The notes beneath the pieces were generated by a model. That model was not told the DNA's origin and searched no databases. It saw only the letters and a program-made list of their open reading frames with translations. Below are positions 57,601 to 64,000 of a stretch of 64,000 bases of DNA, piece after piece (positions within the stretch are counted from its first letter, which is position 1; each line of letters starts with the position of its first letter). A program made the translations under genes and the position numbers. Source of the DNA: Pseudovirgaria hyperparasitica (taxonomy: Eukaryota); NCBI GenBank assembly GCA_010093815.1, contig ML996596.1; one strand, 5' to 3'.

Positions 57601-59925
57601 CCCTCCTAGAGCTAGTAGACCTATTAGATATTAATAATAGTAAATATCTAGACGTAATTAATATCCCTTAAGAGGTTACCGAGGAGGATATACTTAACGC
57701 TGTTAAAGTACTCCCGAATAATAAGGTACCTAGACCAGATAGAATACTAAATAGGTACCTTAAACGTACTATACTAGCTACCCTACCGCTCATTAGTTAT
57801 ATATTTTAAGTATATATTAAGAACGGATACCACCCCTAAAGCTTCCGGGCCGTCTATACTATTATACTCCCGAAACTAGGGAAGAACCCTAGCTCCCCGA
57901 AAGGATAGAGGCTAATTACCCTTCTCTCCTATCTTAGAAAGATACTAGAGGCTACGATCGCGAAGAAGATAAGCGCCGTAGTATAGGAATATAACCTCCT
58001 CCTAGTAAACTAGAAGGCGAAGGCTAGAAGCTCCCTAATTACCGCTATCTAATATATCCTTAAAGTCGTCTAGACCGTATAGAAGTAGGGACGTATAGTA
58101 ACGCTACTCTCCCTCAACATGGCCGGCGCATTTAATAAAGTAAACCACACAAGACTTATCTATAACTTACAGAAGAGGCGTATACCCGCGTAGATTACGC
58201 GGTTTATATAGTCCTTCCTCGCCGAAAGAGTTACCTAGATATATATCCCCGGATATCGAAGTAAGTATAAGAAGACGGCTTACGGTATTCTATAAGGAAG
58301 TACTATCTCTCTAATCCTCTTCCTCTTCTTTACTATAGACCTCCTCTAGGGAATATAATATATAGAGGTAGTAGGATACGTAGATAATATATACCTTCTA
58401 GCTATTAATAATAACACTAGCTAAATATATAGACGACTCGAATAAGACCACGGGAGATATATCTAATGGGTAAAGCGCCATGGAGTAAAGTTCGCCCCCG
58501 AAAAGTACTAACTTATATACTTTATTAACCGCCGTAGGAAATGGGCTACTAGGGAAGGCGAGCGACGCCCTAGAATAGATGCCTTCGACGAACCGCCGAT
58601 ATAAAGTATACACGTACTTAGCGTTATAATTAATAATAAGCTTAAATAGGGACCATAGGTAGTATACGCCGTTTCTAGGGCCCTCTAGGTAGAAGCCGCT
58701 ATATACTAGATTACGGTCTCTACGTGGGAAACCGCCCGGGATAAGGCACGCTAGCTATATATATCTATAGCACGACCCGCCTTCACGTACGGACACGAGT
58801 ACTAGTATATAGCCCTTATATAGACTAGGCGAATAAAGCTCGAATCCATATAGAACCGTATACTCCGTCTTATATTAGGCGTATATAAAGCTACTAACAC
58901 GGTGCTACTACGACGCGAGATAGACGTTATAAATATATATAACTTCTACTAGATATAGAGGGTGGCATACTTTACTAAATAATAAGTATAGAAATATATA
59001 GGAAATATAGAATATACCTTCGCCGTGCTACGCGCGTAAGTTAGCGTATACTACTAAGTACTCTTATATATAGGCCGGACTCGACTATGGTATAAGTACC
59101 CGATAGAAATAGACTCGAACTAAGTAGTATAAGAGATTAAGAATAATCTAGATACCCTTCTAGACTAATAGAGCCTTTAAGAGCTCGGACGAAGTATATA
59201 GTTATAGATCTAAGATAAGTAGAAAGAGATACTCTAGGCCTAGTGGGCCTTCTAGTAGAATAGATACCTAGAGTAGATCTAAGGACCATGGAAGGAGCCG
59301 AGTAAATAGATATATAAAGGGCTTATAAAGGCCTAGGTATCTATACTTCTCTAAGCCTAAACGGGCGCTATAGAACTTCTATACTACCTCTATAAGAGAG
59401 GCGTCCCCGACGTGTCTCTATAGTATAAGGCGTATGGCCGGAGAGGTATAATACGCTACTATCTTATAATGTACCCTAATCTTTACACGTAAAGGTAGAA
59501 GCTTATCTATACGATAAGAACCTCCGATATCGTACGATGGCTTAATAAGTACCCTAAGGACGTCGCCCGGTAGATAATTATATACCTACTACTCCTCTAA
59601 TTCTAGTAGACCCGGAAATATATACTAGAAGAAACCCGGTATATATTAGAGGAAACCCGGTATATACCGGAAGAACCCCTTAACTAATAACCTCTGCATC
59701 TACACGTGCTATCTAAGGGTAAAATAACGGTAATATAGGCTATAGGCTAATAGGTATACCCTATAGCTATATACTTAAGAAGAAATAAAGGTTTAACGAG
59801 ATGTAATTATTAATATAAGGAAGTTTTCCCCTCTTAGGTTTCTTCTTATATAGTAGCCTAGACTAGAGGAGGCATAGGCCTATAGAGTACTACTCTACCT
59901 AGTTATATAATATTATTATTATTAT
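54643..59925 (+). mobile_element. Tad1-clade LINE (copy 3), full length, divergent subfamily
   Basis: 18-bp TSD TATAGAATAATATA(G/A)ATA at 54625-54642 and 59926-59943. ORF1 knuckles at ~55927-56120, LGDFNL at ~56782, VGYVDN (YADD) at ~58371, (TAT)n tail. Confidence 0.94.
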
Positions 59926-60284
59926 TATAGAATAATATAAATAGTCTTAAGAGACGTTTATAAGTCTAATCTTACTAATAAAGTCTTGAAATTTCTCTTT
60001 ATTAGTTTGTTTAGTTAGATTATCACTTAATATAGTACTAGTATTTTCGTAAACTAGTTCTATTTTATTAGAGCTTAGATTTTCTCTAATAAAGTAATAA
60101 GTAATATCTATATACTTAGTCCTAGCATGGTATATAGGGTTTTTAGCTAGTTCTATAGTACTTAAAGAGTCTGTTTTAATAGTATTCATTTTATTAAAGA
60201 TCTTATAATATTCTTTAATATTAGAGTTACTATTAAAGAGTTCTTTAATAAAATTATTTAAGAATAGACTCTCTTTAGTAGCTT

Positions 60285-60869
60285 NNNNNNNNNNNNNNNN
60301 NNNNNNNNNNNNNNNNNNNNNNNNNNNNNNNNNNNNNNNNNNNNNNNNNNNNNNNNNNNNNNNNNNNNNNNNNNNNNNNNNNNNNNNNNNNNNNNNNNNN
60401 NNNNNNNNNNNNNNNNNNNNNNNNNNNNNNNNNNNNNNNNNNNNNNNNNNNNNNNNNNNNNNNNNNNNNNNNNNNNNNNNNNNNNNNNNNNNNNNNNNNN
60501 NNNNNNNNNNNNNNNNNNNNNNNNNNNNNNNNNNNNNNNNNNNNNNNNNNNNNNNNNNNNNNNNNNNNNNNNNNNNNNNNNNNNNNNNNNNNNNNNNNNN
60601 NNNNNNNNNNNNNNNNNNNNNNNNNNNNNNNNNNNNNNNNNNNNNNNNNNNNNNNNNNNNNNNNNNNNNNNNNNNNNNNNNNNNNNNNNNNNNNNNNNNN
60701 NNNNNNNNNNNNNNNNNNNNNNNNNNNNNNNNNNNNNNNNNNNNNNNNNNNNNNNNNNNNNNNNNNNNNNNNNNNNNNNNNNNNNNNNNNNNNNNNNNNN
60801 NNNNNNNNNNNNNNNNNNNNNNNNNNNNNNNNNNNNNNNNNNNNNNNNNNNNNNNNNNNNNNNNNNNNN
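60285..60869. other. Assembly gap
   Basis: Run of N. Confidence 1.
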
Positions 60870-61700
60870 CTTTATTTCTCCTAAATTAGATACTTCTAAT
60901 TTAGAGACTCTAGATATATCCTTATAGAGTATATTAATATCTTCTAAATTCTTAGAGAAGACTAATATATTATCTACATGGGTAGCTAGAATAATATATT
61001 TATATTTATGAATATAAATACTATTATCTAATTTTAGATTAATAAAGTCTAGACCCTCTAATATACTAGCTAGTAGTAATTACCATTATCTACTAGCTTA
61101 CTTTAATCCATATAGGGCTTTATTTAAGAGACATATAACTCTATTATACTCTTTATTCTTTATAATAGACGTTATAGTATCTATAGTCTCTTTATCTTTA
61201 GAAGATTTTAGAGTTTTCTCTAATATATAATCTTCTAATCCTATAGGAAGTTATATATAAGTACTATTATTATCTAGTTTAGCATTAGAAAATGCTTGTT
61301 TTATATCCTATTAGTATATTTCCCAATCTAGGTAATTAAATATAGATAATAGTAGTCTTATAATACTAGGTTTAGAGGTGGAAGCAAAAGTCTCTTTATA
61401 ATTAATATTATATTTTTAAAGAAACCCTTTAGCTATCTATCTAGCTTTATATTTATCTATAGAACCGTCTAGTCTTAGTTTAGTCTTTAATACCCATCGA
61501 CCTTTAATAGGTTTTATATTATTATTAAAGACTAAATCCCAGGTATTATTTTTAATAAGAGTATCTACCTCTACTTTCATAGCTTCTAAGTAGAGGTTCT
61601 TATTAGGGTGTAATAATACCTCTTTATAAGACTTTGGTTCTATAATAGACGTATTTAGAATATTATAATATACTAGACTATTATATATATCTTTATAAGG

Positions 61701-64000
61701 TAGAACTTCTCACACTCTAATGGACTAAACTAGTTAATTCGGGGTAATATAGCGATCTATATACATTAAACGATTCGCCACGGAGTACATTAGTTACCGG
61801 ATCCAATACTACCGCCTAGGCCAGGTATAGACGGATTCCGACCACGAATGCATGGAAACCGTAATAAACGTATATACTCCGAATAAATAACGGGGACGAT
61901 AGATATAGAAGGACACCGACTAGGAAAAGTACCTAAAGGACCTAGAATCGGCGATCCTAGATCCCTCTATAGTTAATATATCTAACGATCTAGCCATAGA
62001 CTAGGCCGTATAGACACTCCTATAAATATACTAGAATACGAGAAATAAACACGTACTATACTAAATATACCGGCCCCCGGAAGTAAAGGGGATTCCTTAA
62101 GTATAGAAAAGTAGATAAGACGCCCGAAGGCTATATAGACGCGTATACTATACGAGAACACCCGAGTCATAGAAAGAATAGAAGGAAGCGATATAATAAC
62201 GCGATAAAGTCCTCCGTAACGAAAGGCGTAAATAGTAGTATATAATTACTAGTTAATAGACATGATATGTAATAGGGCTATAGCGCATAGCGAAATAGAC
62301 TAAGAGCGTAGATACTCTAACACCCCCGCTACTTATGCCTTCTCTAATATATTAGGGGAGAACATACTCTATAGGCCTTAAGAAAACTAAGGCTCTATAG
62401 AAGGCCATGTTCCCTCTCCCGGAACTAGTAGACCTATTAGACGTTTACGGCGCCGAATACCTATATACGGTAGACATCCCTAAAGAAGTTATAGAGAAGA
62501 ATATACTTAATATTATTAAGATACTCCTAAATAATAAAGTACCCGGACTAGATGGAATTCTAAATCGATGCCTAAAAAGTACTATAAAAGCGACCCTACC
62601 ACTTATTACTTATATATTCTAAGTATACGTCACATAGGGGTACTACCCCTAGAGCTTCTAAGTCGCCTATACTATTATACTCCCGAAACTAGGAAAGAGC
62701 CCTAACTTCCTAAAGGGATAGAGACTAATCGCCCTTCTCTTCTACCTAGATAAGATACTAGAGACTATAATAGTAAAGAAGATAAGTACCGCGGTATAGG
62801 AATATAATCTCCTCCCTCCGAACTAGAAGGTAAAGGTAGATAGCTCTCTAATAATAGCTATCTAATATATTATCGAAGTCGTCTAGACCGTATAGAAATA
62901 GGGACGGGTAGTATCGCTCCTCTCCCTCGATATAGCCGGAGCGTTTAATAAGGTAAACTATATAAGACTTATTTATAACCTCCGGATAAGACAAATACTA
63001 GAATAGATTATACGCTTTATATAGTTATTCCTTATAGGAAGAATAACTTAGATATATATCCCTAGATACTAGAGCGAATATAAAGAGACGGCATGCGGTA
63101 TCCTATAAGGGAGCACTATCTCTCCGATCCTATTTCTCTTCTTTATAGTAGACCTTCTTTAAGGAATAAAGTATATAGAGATAGTCAGATACGCCGATAA
63201 TATATACCTCCTAGCCATTAATAATAATACTAACCGAACGTATAGACGACTAGAATAGGACCACGAGAGGTGCCTCTAGTAGGTAAAACGCCACGGAGTA
63301 AAGTTCGCCCCGGAGAAATACTAGCTTATATACTTTATTAATCGTTAAGGGAAATAGGTAACTAGGGAAGGCGAACGACGCCCCCGAATCGACGTATTTA
63401 ACGAACTACTAGTATAAAGCATGCACGCGCTCGGAGTTATACTAGATAGCAAGCTTAAATGGGGACCACAAGTAGCATACGCCGTCTCTAGGGCCCTCTA
63501 GATAGAAGCCGCTATACGACGGATTATAGCCTCCACGTAGGGAACCGCCCGGGATAAGGCACGCTAGCTATATATATCTATAGCACGACCCGCCTTCACG
63601 TACGGACACGAGTACTAGTATACGACCCTTATATAGACTAGGCGAATAAAGCTCGAATCTATATAGAACCGTATACTCCGTCTTATATTAGGCGTATATA
63701 AAGCTACTAACACGGTACTACTACGACGCGAGATAGACGTTATAAGTATATATAACTTCTACTAGACATAGAGGGTAGTATACTTTACTAAATAATAAGT
63801 ATAGAAACGTATAGAAAACGTAGAATATACTTTCGCCGCGCTACGTATATAAATTAGTATATATTACCGCGCACTCCTATATATAGGCCGGAATCGAATA
63901 TAGTATAGGTGCTTAATAGAAGCTAACTCTAGCTAAGTAGTATAAGAAGTCCGAGATAACCCGGACGCTCTTCTAGACTAGTAGAGCCTTTAAGAACTTA
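61701..64000 (+). mobile_element. Tad1-clade LINE (copy 4), internally deleted, runs off the window
   Basis: The 5' UTR to 61774 is joined directly to ORF2 just after the endonuclease core. RT YADN at ~63190. Near-identical to copies 1 and 2. Confidence 0.92.

Larger units (their letters stand above)
54361..61700 (-). mobile_element. Second Ty1/Copia element, 3' part (RT, RNase H, PPT, 3' LTR), hosting LINE-3 and abutting LINE-4
   Basis: EPKSYKEVL...AMKVEVDTLIKNNTWDL at ~61535-61641(-). RNase H AKNPIYHARTKYIDITYYF at 59947-60189(-). PPT AAGGGGGTG at 54583-54591(-), followed by an LTR running to the gap at 54361. Confidence 0.88.

Noticed and set aside
1189..62622. Remaining short ORF-track entries as functional genes
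   Set aside because: They are stop-free fragments or antisense frames of RIP'd TEs and pseudogenes (e.g. 52823 Copia gag/protease, 59947 Copia RNase H, 62407 LINE ORF2).

Overview
Filamentous-ascomycete heterochromatic DNA heavily altered by Repeat-Induced Point mutation (RIP): CpA/TpG are almost absent and TpA is everywhere. No intact gene survives, and most entries in the supplied ORF track are fragments or shadow frames. Products were inferred by translating by eye and mentally reversing C>T/G>A changes. The left ~34 kb looks like one giant multi-gene DNA element. It holds a spliced Plavaka transposase, a Upf1/DNA2-like SF1 helicase with three CCHC knuckles, a SNF2-type ATPase behind 78-aa tandem repeats, and several unidentified ORFs. 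It ends in subterminal repeat arrays and a CA(C>T)TAGGAAAG CACTA-like terminus at ~34088, where a Gypsy element stops without its 3' LTR. Also present: four Tad1-clade LINEs (mosaic, one internally deleted), a 576-bp miniature LTR element (TRIM) with a self-priming signature, a Fot1/pogo DNA transposon, two Copia fragments, unidentified RIP-degraded host-type genes and three assembly gaps. Family calls rest on recognisable motifs only; no database search was possible.
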